Assembly (NCBI GenBank): GCA_013821605.1
Contig: JACDGP010000005.1
Location: forward strand, 14,099-78,098
Origin: Herpetosiphonaceae bacterium
GTDB lineage: Bacteria > Chloroflexota > Chloroflexia > Chloroflexales > Kallotenuaceae
Length of the DNA stretch: 64,000 bases
Direction of reading: 5' to 3'
Shown here: positions 55,823-64,000 of the stretch, one piece after another
Layout: each line of letters begins with the position of its first letter
Numbering within the stretch: position 1 is the first letter of the stretch
Position numbers and translations under genes: made by a program
The notes under the pieces: generated by a model
Databases searched by the model: none
What the model was told of the DNA's origin: nothing
Seen by the model: the letters and a program-made list of their open reading frames with translations, nothing else

Positions 55823-58800
55823 TTACCCCTTCCGTCCCACGCTCATCTCGGAAAGCACTTCCAGCGTTCGTGGCGGAATCGACAGAGTGGGTGGGGCAAC
55901 TTTGGAGGTGACTGCCCAGAATTGGTCAACCGTCGTTTCCCACCGGACCAGCAGTTGTTGGGCACGTTGACTGCCGGTCAGATCGGCATGCTGCTCGATC
56001 AAGCGGCGGAGTTCGTCTTTCTGCCATTGCTCACTCAAGCGCGTGTATTGGACCATGTCGCCGTTGATACAGGCCGGTGACATGCCTTCGGGGTCCCAGA
56101 GATAGGCGGTGCCGCCGGTCATGCCGGCACCGAAGTTGTGACCAACCGGACCGAGGACGATCACCGTGCCGCCGGTCATGTATTCGCAGCCGTGGTCACC
56201 CACGCCTTCGACCACGGCCAGAGCACCACTGTTGCGGACCGCGAAGCGCTCACCGGCCAACCCGGATGCCCACAAGGCACCGCCGGTTGCGCCATACAGC
56301 ACGGTATTACCGATGATCGCGCTGGTCGCTGCCTCGAAACGCGCGTCGGGACCAGGGCGCACGATGATCGTGCCACCACCGAGGCCCTTGCCAACATAAT
56401 CGTTAGCCTCACCTTCGAGTTCAAGGCGAAGGCCACGGATGCCCCAGGCCCCAAAGCTTTGCCCGGCGCTGCCTTGCACGCGTACAATCACGCTGTCGTC
56501 GGGCAAGCCGTCATCGCCGTAGCGCGCGGCAATCTTGCCGGCTAGAGTTGCGCCAACCGTGCGATCAACGTTGGTGATGCGGCAATCAAGCTCGACCCGC
56601 TCGCCATCCAAGGCGACTTGGCCGGCTTCGAGGATGTAGCTGTTGAGCGGTCCCAGTTCCACCGGTGTGCGCTGACCGGCCCAGCTGCGGGGAGCGATGG
56701 GGTCGACCTGCACTAGGAGGGGCTCGACCTGCAAGTCATCGAGATGTGGATCACCGAAGGTTAGACGTGTTAGGAGCTCTGTGTGACCAACGATCTCCGC
56801 GAGGCTTCGTGCGCCTAAATCGGCCAGGAGCTCGCGCACTTCCTCGGCCAGGTGGAGGAAAAAGTGCATAACGGTTTCGGGCGTGCCGGAAAACTTGGCC
56901 CGTAGGTCGGGCCGTTGGGTAGCGATGCCCACGGGACAGGTATTGGTATGACAGGAGCGTGCCATGAGGCAGCCTTCAGCAATCACGGCAGCAGTACCGA
57001 AGGAGTATTCGTCGGCACCGAGTAGCGCCGCAATGATGACATCGCGCCCCGTTTGCAGGCCGCCGTCGGTGCGAAGCCGCACGCGATCGCGTAGGCCGTT
57101 GCGCACCAGGGTTTGTTGCGTTTCGGCCAGGCCGAGCTCCCAGGGAATACCGGCATATTTCATTGATGACAGGGGCGAGGCACCGGTGCCACCACTATGG
57201 CCACTGATCTGGACCACATCGGCACCCGCCTTGACCACGCCAGCAGCGACGGTGCCGACGCCAGCTTCGGCGACCAGCTTGACCGATACGGCTGCGCTAG
57301 GATTGGTTTGCTTGAGGTCATAGATCAGTTGGGCCAGGTCTTCAATCGAATAAATATCATGATGGGGCGGCGGCGAAATTAAGGTGACGCCCGGAATGGT
57401 GTGGCGCACACGTGCGATCTCCTCAGTTACCTTGTGACCAGGCAATTGACCGCCCTCGCCCGGCTTCGAGCCCTGCGCCATTTTGATTTGCAGCTCTTGG
57501 GCAGCCATAACGTAGGCCGGGGTGACGCCGAAGCGTCCCGAGGCGATCTGCTTGATTTGGCTGTTGCGGTTGTCACCATAACGGGCCGGGTCTTCGCCAC
57601 CTTCGCCGGAGTTGCTCATGCCGCCCAACCGCTCCATCGCAATAGCGAGGGTGGAATGGGCTTCGGCAGAGGTCGAGCCGAGCGACATGGCGGCAGTGGA
57701 GAAACGTCGCAGGATAGCTTCGACCGGCTCGACCTCCGCTAAGGGACGGACAGTTTGTGGCAGCAAGCCGAGCAGGTCGCGCGGCGCAACGGGTGGCCGT
57801 TGGTGGACAAGCTTGGAGTAGGCGCGATAGGCATCCTTGGGATCACCGTCATAGGGCTTGAGGCCGACGGCAGCGTGCAGCGCATGCACCGTGGCGGGTG
57901 TGTTGGCATGGAATTCGCCGTCTTTTTTCCACTTGAAGATGCCGGCATGCCGTAAGCCCGCCTTGTGTCCTTCAGGATGGAAGGCATACTGATGGGCATG
58001 GAGTACGCCATGAGCAACATCGCTCCAGCCCAACCCGCCAAAGCGGGTCGCAATACCGGGTAAACAGAGATCGGTGATCTCGGGTGCCAGACCGATGACC
58101 TCGAAGAGCTGCGCACCACCATAGCTATCGAGCGTGGCGATGCCGATTTTGGACATGATCTTACGCAGGCCCTCGTCTACTGCCGCAACATAGTTCACTT
58201 CGCCCTGGTCGCCATCGGGAGTCGTGGCAGCACTGCCGGCCTTTTTCGCAGCGGTGCGCCGGTCGGCGATCCATTCCTCGCGTGCGGTCACAAGCGCTAG
58301 GAATGGATGGACGACCTCGGCACCGTTGCCGATTAAGCAGGCGATCTGGTGGACATCGCGGGGTTCGCCACTTTCAGCAATGACGTGAGCACGGGCCCGT
58401 AGTCCGGCCTCGAGCAGGGCTTGATGGACCGCTCCAACTGCCAGGAGTGCTGGGATCGGTGCATGCTCGGCGTCTACCATCCGGTCGCTCACGATCAGCA
58501 AGGAGGCACCGGCCTGAGCTATGCTTACTGCCTCAGCCTGGAGGTGCTGTAAGGCCGGGAGCAGACCCTCCGGTCCGTCAGCGACGGGCCAGACAGCAGC
58601 GATGGTAGCAGCCGGGAACTCGCTCTGTTCGCGAATGGCGCGTAGCTCGTGTGCCCGCAGGACGGGACTTTGGATCTCAAGCAAATGAGCATGCTCGGGC
58701 GTTTCTGCCAGCAGGTTACGACGATGTCCCAGCCGCATACGTACCGACATCACCAGCTTTTCGCGGAGCGGATCGATCGGCGGATTCGTGACCTGCGCGA

Positions 58801-60343
58801 AATGCTGACGCAGGTAGGAGTACAGCGGTCGTCCTACCTGAGTTAGCGAACCGGCTGGAGTATCGTCACCCATCGATCCAACCGGCTCGTGACCATCGCG
58901 CGCCATCGGTTTCAGGACGACATGGACATCTTCGGCGGTATAGCCGAAAGCGGTCTGCAAGGTGACGAGCTGCGCGGTAAGGTCGGGGGCGGGCGTGGAG
59001 TCTATGGGTGCCTGCAAGACACGAGCGTGCTGCTTGAGCCAGTCGGCATAGGGTGCCAGCGCCGCCAGTTCATGCTTGATGGTGTCGTTTTCGAGGATCA
59101 GGCCACGTTGAGTATCGACCAGCAACAGCTCGCCCGGGCCGAGCCGGCCCTTGCTGATGATATGGCGATCGTCAATGGGTACCGCACCGGCCTCGGAGCC
59201 GCAGACGACTAGACCATCGTCGGTCACAAGATAGCGGACCGGCCGTAAGCCATTACGGTCCAGCGCGATACCGGCGCTGATGCCATCCGAAAAACAAAGG
59301 GCAGCGGGGCCATCCCAGGGGGCGATCAAGCCGGCGTGGTACTGGTAGAAGGCATGCAGATCGGGATCGAGATCCGGCTGTTGCTCCCAGGCGGCCGGTA
59401 CCAGGATCGTCAGCGCATGCGCGACCGAGCGTCCGGAACGGACCAGCAACTCAAGCGTGTTATCAAGCTTCGCCGAGTCGCTGCCCGAAGGATCGATGAC
59501 CGGCTTGAGCCGTTCCACATCCGCGCCCCATAACGGCGAAGCCAACTCGGGCTCGCGGGCGCGGAGTGCAGCGACATTCCCGGCAAGGGTGTTGATCTCA
59601 CCATTATGCGACAGCAGGCGAAAAGGCTGAGCACGCTCCCAGGTGGGCATCGTATTGGTCGAGAAACGTTGGTGATAGACCGCAAGGGCCGACACAAAGC
59701 ATGGATCCTGGAGGTCAGGATAGAAACGACCTACGGCGGTGGCTGCCAGCAGCCCTTTATAAACGATCGTGCGGGACGACAAGGAGGGCAGGTAGATCGC
59801 CAGCCCAGCATCCTGGGCAGCGTGCTCAATCGAGCGGCGCAGGAGGTACAGCTTACGCTCCCACTCGTCGCCTGCGGCGATGTGGTCCGGACGAAGGAGG
59901 ATAGCTTGCTCGATCACGGGGCGGGACTCGAGCGCACGAGCACCGAGCGCGTCATCGTCGGTGGGCACAGTGCGCCCGGCGAGGCAAGCAATACCGGCGG
60001 CGACGAACTCGTTGTGGAGCAGCGTCCGAGCAGCTTCTAGGTCGGCTGGAGGCAAGAAGCATTGTGCTATCGCCATGTCGCCGGGTGAGGGAACTGCAAC
60101 TCCGGCAGATGTTAAGTATTCGCTGAAGAGGGCGTAGGGTATTTGGGCCAGGATGCCGGCGCCATCACCACTTTTGCCATCGGCGTCGACACCGCCGCGA
60201 TGCTGGAGGTTGCACAGCGCGGTCAGGGCCATTTCCAGAACGTCATGCGTAGCACGGCCATCGCGCCGCGCGACGAAGCCAATACCACAAGCGTCATGTT
60301 CCCAACGCGGATCGTATAAACCAATCGGTTCCCAGCTATTCAT
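55823..60343 (-). CDS. gltB: Glutamate synthase large subunit (GOGAT alpha chain)
   Basis: Ntn amidotransferase start WEHDACGIGFVA, FMN/Fe-S central and synthase domains (GGTGASP), and a C-terminal GXGXG beta-helix. ATG 60343 follows GAAGGAG. No small-subunit gene is adjacent. Confidence 0.95.
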   Translation of the reverse strand: MNSWEPIGLYDPRWEHDACGIGFVARRDGRATHDVLEMALTALCNLQHRGGVDADGKSGDGAGILAQIPYALFSEYLTSAGVAVPSPGDMAIAQCFLPPADLEAARTLLHNEFVAAGIACLAGRTVPTDDDALGARALESRPVIEQAILLRPDHIAAGDEWERKLYLLRRSIEHAAQDAGLAIYLPSLSSRTIVYKGLLAATAVGRFYPDLQDPCFVSALAVYHQRFSTNTMPTWERAQPFRLLSHNGEINTLAGNVAALRAREPELASPLWGADVERLKPVIDPSGSDSAKLDNTLELLVRSGRSVAHALTILVPAAWEQQPDLDPDLHAFYQYHAGLIAPWDGPAALCFSDGISAGIALDRNGLRPVRYLVTDDGLVVCGSEAGAVPIDDRHIISKGRLGPGELLLVDTQRGLILENDTIKHELAALAPYADWLKQHARVLQAPIDSTPAPDLTAQLVTLQTAFGYTAEDVHVVLKPMARDGHEPVGSMGDDTPAGSLTQVGRPLYSYLRQHFAQVTNPPIDPLREKLVMSVRMRLGHRRNLLAETPEHAHLLEIQSPVLRAHELRAIREQSEFPAATIAAVWPVADGPEGLLPALQHLQAEAVSIAQAGASLLIVSDRMVDAEHAPIPALLAVGAVHQALLEAGLRARAHVIAESGEPRDVHQIACLIGNGAEVVHPFLALVTAREEWIADRRTAAKKAGSAATTPDGDQGEVNYVAAVDEGLRKIMSKIGIATLDSYGGAQLFEVIGLAPEITDLCLPGIATRFGGLGWSDVAHGVLHAHQYAFHPEGHKAGLRHAGIFKWKKDGEFHANTPATVHALHAAVGLKPYDGDPKDAYRAYSKLVHQRPPVAPRDLLGLLPQTVRPLAEVEPVEAILRRFSTAAMSLGSTSAEAHSTLAIAMERLGGMSNSGEGGEDPARYGDNRNSQIKQIASGRFGVTPAYVMAAQELQIKMAQGSKPGEGGQLPGHKVTEEIARVRHTIPGVTLISPPPHHDIYSIEDLAQLIYDLKQTNPSAAVSVKLVAEAGVGTVAAGVVKAGADVVQISGHSGGTGASPLSSMKYAGIPWELGLAETQQTLVRNGLRDRVRLRTDGGLQTGRDVIIAALLGADEYSFGTAAVIAEGCLMARSCHTNTCPVGIATQRPDLRAKFSGTPETVMHFFLHLAEEVRELLADLGARSLAEIVGHTELLTRLTFGDPHLDDLQVEPLLVQVDPIAPRSWAGQRTPVELGPLNSYILEAGQVALDGERVELDCRITNVDRTVGATLAGKIAARYGDDGLPDDSVIVRVQGSAGQSFGAWGIRGLRLELEGEANDYVGKGLGGGTIIVRPGPDARFEAATSAIIGNTVLYGATGGALWASGLAGERFAVRNSGALAVVEGVGDHGCEYMTGGTVIVLGPVGHNFGAGMTGGTAYLWDPEGMSPACINGDMVQYTRLSEQWQKDELRRLIEQHADLTGSQRAQQLLVRWETTVDQFWAVTSKVAPPTLSIPPRTLEVLSEMSVGRKG

Positions 60344-60477
60344 GTGCAGCTCCTTCACAACTGGCGGTTTCTAGCCGCTATCTCAGCTTGTGGATGGGGT
60401 CACGCACACCGTTGTGTTATCGGAACCGTCGTCGGTTATACGTTAGCTACACTGCATAGCCCTTCTGGATTGGATAC

Positions 60478-60522
60478 AAAAACGCCCACCAAAACGCTGC
60501 AATCGTTGCAACGAGGCGGGCG
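60478..60522 (-). promoter_or_regulatory. Intrinsic-terminator-like hairpin inside the gltB upstream region
   Basis: Minus-strand RNA would read CGCCCGCC-UCG-UUGCA-ACG-AUUGCA..-GGUGGGCG followed by UUUUUG. The outer stem is 8 bp with one G-U, and there is an inner 5-bp stem. It lies 135-180 nt upstream of the gltB ATG, and no minus-strand gene lies upstream for about 2 kb. Confidence 0.5.
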
Positions 60523-60578
60523 CGTCAACGCGTCATAGGTTTGTTAAACAATCAGATCGTTTGTGTAAAGTGCAGCAT

Positions 60579-60607
60579 AGTATAACGCATTTTTTATGCG
60601 TTGTATA
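60579..60607 (-). promoter_or_regulatory. Candidate promoter with a palindromic operator filling the spacer
   Basis: On the minus strand: -35 TATACA (60607-60602), a 17-nt spacer that is exactly the inverted repeat ACGCAT-AAAAA-ATGCGT (60601-60585), and -10 TATACT (60584-60579). Confidence 0.4.
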
Positions 60608-60843
60608 CAATTTTTTAACGGGAATGTTGGATTGTGGGCTTGCGTGATAAACATTCGCTAGAGCAACATGTCCTCCGTTAATCAGCGACACCCACTGATA
60701 AAACGTGGTGGCCGGCATTTAATGTGGGTAGAACAACTGCAAGGTAGTCCTGCTCCCCGATGATGAAACTGAACAGTTCCGCATGCGCCCGGCTGGGCAG
60801 CGTAGTCAACGGGCAGGACTTAGACATGAAGGAGGAAGCAGTC

Positions 60844-61428
60844 ATGGCAGAGTATGGATCTCAAAAAGGTGGATCATCGGGAAGCTCGGCTCAGACGCCG
60901 TATCAACCACCTGTTCAGTCACCGCGCACGCCGTCCGGTCACCGGCGACGATGGCTTGTTGTGATTCCGCTTTTGTTGCTTTTGCTGTGTGGCGGAATTG
61001 CAGACGCGCTCCATCTGCCCCCATTCACAGTGTCGCCACCGACTGTCGCCATTAGCACCACGGTCACTACAACTGCGGACACATCCACCGCATCACCTGT
61101 GGAGAGCAGCCCGACGACCGTCACCACGACGCCGCAAGAAGGCACGTCTCCAACCGTTGCCATCACCTCTACGCCCATCGCGACGACTGCCGTGAGCACG
61201 CCGACTACGATTGCCAGCTCAACCACTGCTGCGACGATGACCGCATCAGGCACGTCAAGCACGGTTGCGACGACCTCAACCGCTGTGGCAACGACAAGCA
61301 CGCCGACCCCTTCACTCCCTCCGACCGGCGCTCCCCGAGAGTCTGCTGTTACCTTCTGGCTACTGAGCATCGCCAGTCTCACGCTCGGCCTTGGTCTTGT
61401 CGCGCGGCGCAAGCAGCGCAAGGCGTGA
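60844..61428 (+). CDS. Thr-rich surface protein with an LPXTG-type C-terminal sorting signal
   Basis: ATG 60844 follows GAAGGAGGA. N-terminal TM RRRWLVVIPLLLLLLCGG, a Thr/Ala/Val/Ser-rich stalk, and C-terminal LPPTG followed by a hydrophobic stretch and RRKQRKA. Confidence 0.75.
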   Translation: MAEYGSQKGGSSGSSAQTPYQPPVQSPRTPSGHRRRWLVVIPLLLLLLCGGIADALHLPPFTVSPPTVAISTTVTTTADTSTASPVESSPTTVTTTPQEGTSPTVAITSTPIATTAVSTPTTIASSTTAATMTASGTSSTVATTSTAVATTSTPTPSLPPTGAPRESAVTFWLLSIASLTLGLGLVARRKQRKA

Positions 61429-61480
61429 AGCTCGGTTCATCGCAAGCAAACCAAGATGAAATGATTACAGGGAGGCAGGA

Positions 61481-61936
61481 ATGACACGTACTGCAACATG
61501 GCTCATTACTGGGAAGGCAAGTTTGGCACTGGTGATCGTGATGCTGCTTGTCGCCTTATTGAGCGCGACGACAAATGCGAGCTTCAAAGATGCGACGGCT
61601 GCCCTCGCCTTCGTCAGCGCGGCGGCCGTCGGAATCGAATGTATTATTGAAACGGCATGGACTGTGCTGGGTGGCATCATTGGCACCTACTGGCCCCTCA
61701 ACGCAGTCGGCAAACAAGTGAACGCGCTGGTGGATGAATTGAGCGCCGCCCTTGAGCCCTTTCAGGCCACGCTCCAGATTCCCGCAGATCACCTCAGCCA
61801 TCCTCACTTGAATGTCATTCTGACGGGATTGATCATCGGCCTAGGTTCGAACCCAACCCATGATGTCATTCGCGCAATTCAGGGTTCGCCGCTATCCTTT
61901 CCGGGAGACGACCTCCCGACTTCTGATCGTTCGTGA
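61481..61936 (+). CDS. Hypothetical membrane protein
   Basis: 151 aa with a GGGAGG RBS and 3-4 hydrophobic segments. It lies 52 nt downstream of the LPXTG gene on the same strand. Confidence 0.6.
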   Translation: MTRTATWLITGKASLALVIVMLLVALLSATTNASFKDATAALAFVSAAAVGIECIIETAWTVLGGIIGTYWPLNAVGKQVNALVDELSAALEPFQATLQIPADHLSHPHLNVILTGLIIGLGSNPTHDVIRAIQGSPLSFPGDDLPTSDRS

Positions 61937-62540
61937 CTGGCTGCCTAGACCGTATCAGGACGGAAGACAGCCAGCGACCTAACTCACTCTGCAGGAACCG
62001 GCCGTTTGGCACGGTTCAGCTGACTCCGTACTCGTCGGAACACCATCATGGCGTGAACGCGGAAGGACATTACCTATGACCGCTCCTGCTGCTCATGCGC
62101 CATCCGTACGACCCGCCGCCGCGCCGCAACCCGGCGCTCCTTCACGAGACGAGCCCGTGTGTTCTGCTCGACCGCATAGACATTGAGATGCATAGCCGTT
62201 TCCTTTCTTGGTCGTTACGAGTTGACCGTGGCCGAGACACAATGCCACCACGGAATGAAAGGTTTTCCGTGGCCGCGCAACAAGGTCGATTATGGATTGG
62301 ACGAAAGGATTACCTGCGCTGCCAACAGTGATGCCAGAGGGTAAAGCATGGTGCTACAACCGTACCCTACGAGCGAATGGCGAATGATGCTCTTGATTAC
62401 CCAGGTCATGTCGTGCCTCCATGTAGCCTTCTTGCCGACGCGTCCACCACGCGTCAGACCGCTACTACTATCAATGCAAGGCCAGACCAAATATCACACG
62501 TCAGGATGTTATCGCCGGCTACTTGAACTCGAGAGGTGGT

Positions 62541-63530
62541 TTATGAGCTTTCACGCGGATCGAGTGCATCGCGGAGGCCATCGCCGATAAAGGTAAAGGC
62601 CAAGGTGATCATGACAATCGCCACTCCTGGCGCGAGCATCAGCCATTCCTGAGCATTAATGGCAGCTTTGCCTTCCAGAATCATATTGCCCCAACTGACC
62701 GGGAAGATTGCAGATGGGTCTGTCGCGGGGCGGAGTCCGATTCCGAGATAGGAGAGACCAGCTTCAACCATGATCGCGCCGGGGACAAGAAAGGCACCGG
62801 ACACGATGATTGATCCGAGACAATTGGGCAACACATGCTTGAGCAAGATGGCGTGTCGACGTACGCCAAGTGCCCGGGCAGCCTCAACGAACTCCTTTTC
62901 ACGCAGCGACAGAACTTGTCCACGTACGAGGCGTGCGACGTCAACCCAACCAACCAGTGATAATGCAGCGAAAAGAATGAGGAAGCCGTTCAAGAATCTG
63001 CCAACCGGTGTGTCCTTGAGGGCCGTCATGCTGATGATGAAGAACAGAATTGATGGGAACGAATAGACGAATTCGCCGAAGCGCATCAGCACGGTATCGA
63101 TCAAACCGCCTTCGAAGCCAGCGATAAGCCCCACGAGTACGCCAATGAAGAGGGTGAGCGCCATCGGAATAAAGCCAACGATCAATGAGGTACGGGTTCC
63201 ATAGATGAGGCGGCTGAAGACATCACGCCCGATCGAGTCGGTGCCTAACGGGAAGCTCCAGTTGCCGCTGACGTGAGGACGGTTCTTGGGATGAAGCCAG
63301 GCGGCTTGGCGGTAGCTATTCGCAGGGTAGATGTCAAGTGGTCGATGGGGCGCGATGAAGGGTGCAGCGACGGCGATAACGACGAGGAACGCAATATAGA
63401 GCATGCCGGCGAGCGCGGCTTTGTTGCGCAGGAGCCGCTGACGTGCATCACTCCAGAGGCTGCGAGGTCTGCGGGCGGCAATGGCCCAGGTGTCTTGGCC
63501 CAGGGCACCTTGAGAAGCACTAATTTCCAT
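62541..63530 (-). CDS. Solitary ABC transporter permease (DppC/OppC-like)
   Basis: PLGTDSIGRDVFSRLIYG and EFVEAARALGVRRHAILLKHVLPN motifs. ATG 63530 follows GGGAGAG. No cognate SBP, second permease or ATPase gene is adjacent. Confidence 0.88.
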   Translation of the reverse strand: MEISASQGALGQDTWAIAARRPRSLWSDARQRLLRNKAALAGMLYIAFLVVIAVAAPFIAPHRPLDIYPANSYRQAAWLHPKNRPHVSGNWSFPLGTDSIGRDVFSRLIYGTRTSLIVGFIPMALTLFIGVLVGLIAGFEGGLIDTVLMRFGEFVYSFPSILFFIISMTALKDTPVGRFLNGFLILFAALSLVGWVDVARLVRGQVLSLREKEFVEAARALGVRRHAILLKHVLPNCLGSIIVSGAFLVPGAIMVEAGLSYLGIGLRPATDPSAIFPVSWGNMILEGKAAINAQEWLMLAPGVAIVMITLAFTFIGDGLRDALDPRESS

Positions 63531-63607
63531 CACACTCTCCCAACTCATGAACGGGTGCATTGTTACTGATGGAGCAGTACCATCATTGAAGCAGGGGGAG
63601 CGCGTGC

Positions 63608-63653
63608 TGTGGTCACCATGAGGGTGACACGCAGGGTGACACAAGTGCTACAA
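63608..63653 (+). promoter_or_regulatory. Candidate promoter/operator of the XRE regulator gene
   Basis: Extended -10 TGCTACAAT (TACAAT at 63648-63653). Direct repeats GGGTGACAC at 63621-63629 and 63633-63641, and the inverted partner GGTCACC at 63610-63616. Confidence 0.35.
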
Positions 63654-63694
63654 TTTGGGTGGCTCGCTGCATAGTACACGGGAGGAGTGCGCCA

Positions 63695-64000
63695 GTGCAG
63701 GAGGACACTTCGTTTGGGCGTTGGCTCCAGCGGCGACGCACAGCGTTAGGCTTGACACAGCAGGAACTGGGTCAGCATGTCGGGTGTGCGCGTGCAACCA
63801 TCCGCAAGATTGAAGCGGACGAACGGCGGCCATCCCGTGAGATTGCCGAGCGTCTCGCGATCCACCTCCAGGTCGTGGCTGATGAACTCCCGGCCTTCGT
63901 GCGCTTTGCGCGGGGTGAAACGTCTACTCAGCAGCCGTCGCCCTTTCAACCGCAACCCGAAGGCAGTCCCTGGAGGACGCGAGCTGCCGTACTTACGAAT
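63695..64000 (+). CDS. XRE-family helix-turn-helix regulator, N-terminal part (runs off the window)
   Basis: GTG 63695 lies 7 nt after GGGAGGAG. FGRWLQRRRTALGLTQQELGQHVGCARATIRKIEADERRPS is a classic HTH_3 domain. The frame stays open to 64000. It is not in the supplied ORF track because it has no stop in the window. Confidence 0.8.
   Translation, partial: MQEDTSFGRWLQRRRTALGLTQQELGQHVGCARATIRKIEADERRPSREIAERLAIHLQVVADELPAFVRFARGETSTQQPSPFQPQPEGSPWRTRAAVLTN

Noticed and set aside
60344-60577. Known riboswitch or leader classes in the gltB leader (glutamine riboswitch, T-box) and TnrA/GlnR or NtcA operator consensus sites
   Set aside because: I could not match any of these consensus sequences by eye. 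The structure is reported only as an unclassified terminator-like hairpin.
60990-61330. Repetitive-looking stretch checked as a possible repeat array or CRISPR
   Set aside because: It is low-complexity Thr/Ala/Val/Ser coding sequence of the LPXTG protein. It has no regular repeat-spacer periodicity.
61844-61854. GGTTCGAACCC, a tRNA T-loop-like string
   Set aside because: The flanking bases do not form a T-stem (CTAGG against CCCAA), no acceptor or anticodon arms can be built, and it lies inside a plausible CDS.

Overview
This 64-kb window is high-GC bacterial chromosome: hand counts on typical lines give about 60% GC, and GGAGG-type ribosome-binding sites are common. I read about 55 protein-coding genes. 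The gene content (many PAS/GAF sensor kinases, GT39-type glycosyltransferases, secreted glycosidases, RHS fragments, Pnkp/Hen1) is reminiscent of a filamentous Chloroflexota-like soil organism. I cannot confirm that without a database search.

Housekeeping and metabolic genes include:
- ammonium transporter
- glutamate synthase large subunit
- a glutamine-synthetase-family enzyme
- a peptide-type ABC importer
- two SDRs and two SMP-30/gluconolactonase-like proteins
- GH5 cellulase and a large BNR-repeat propeller protein
- YhhQ

The accessory and unusual parts are:
1. 6.5-14.1 kb is a decaying locus. It holds three orphan RHS toxin-tip fragments, one fused to an AT-rich GHSLG alpha/beta-hydrolase domain with a downstream 4-TM protein, a truncated VOC gene and a multiply disrupted GH9 gene.
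2. 33.7-37.7 kb is a hen1-pnkp RNA-repair cassette.
3. 53.0-55.7 kb is a tight four-gene same-strand unit: unknown beta-sandwich-like protein, MazE-like, MazF, and a DUF4037/nucleotidyltransferase-like protein. It is bounded by strong hairpins.
4. The gltB upstream region carries a promoter-embedded palindrome and a terminator-like hairpin, which suggests an attenuator or a small RNA.
5. Two diverged GT39 paralogs lie in inverted orientation about 40 kb apart.
6. Several ABC-transporter components lack partners.
7. An IS256-family transposase remnant is present.

I saw no rRNA, tRNA or CRISPR array. All family calls rest on motifs I recognise by eye, not on searches.
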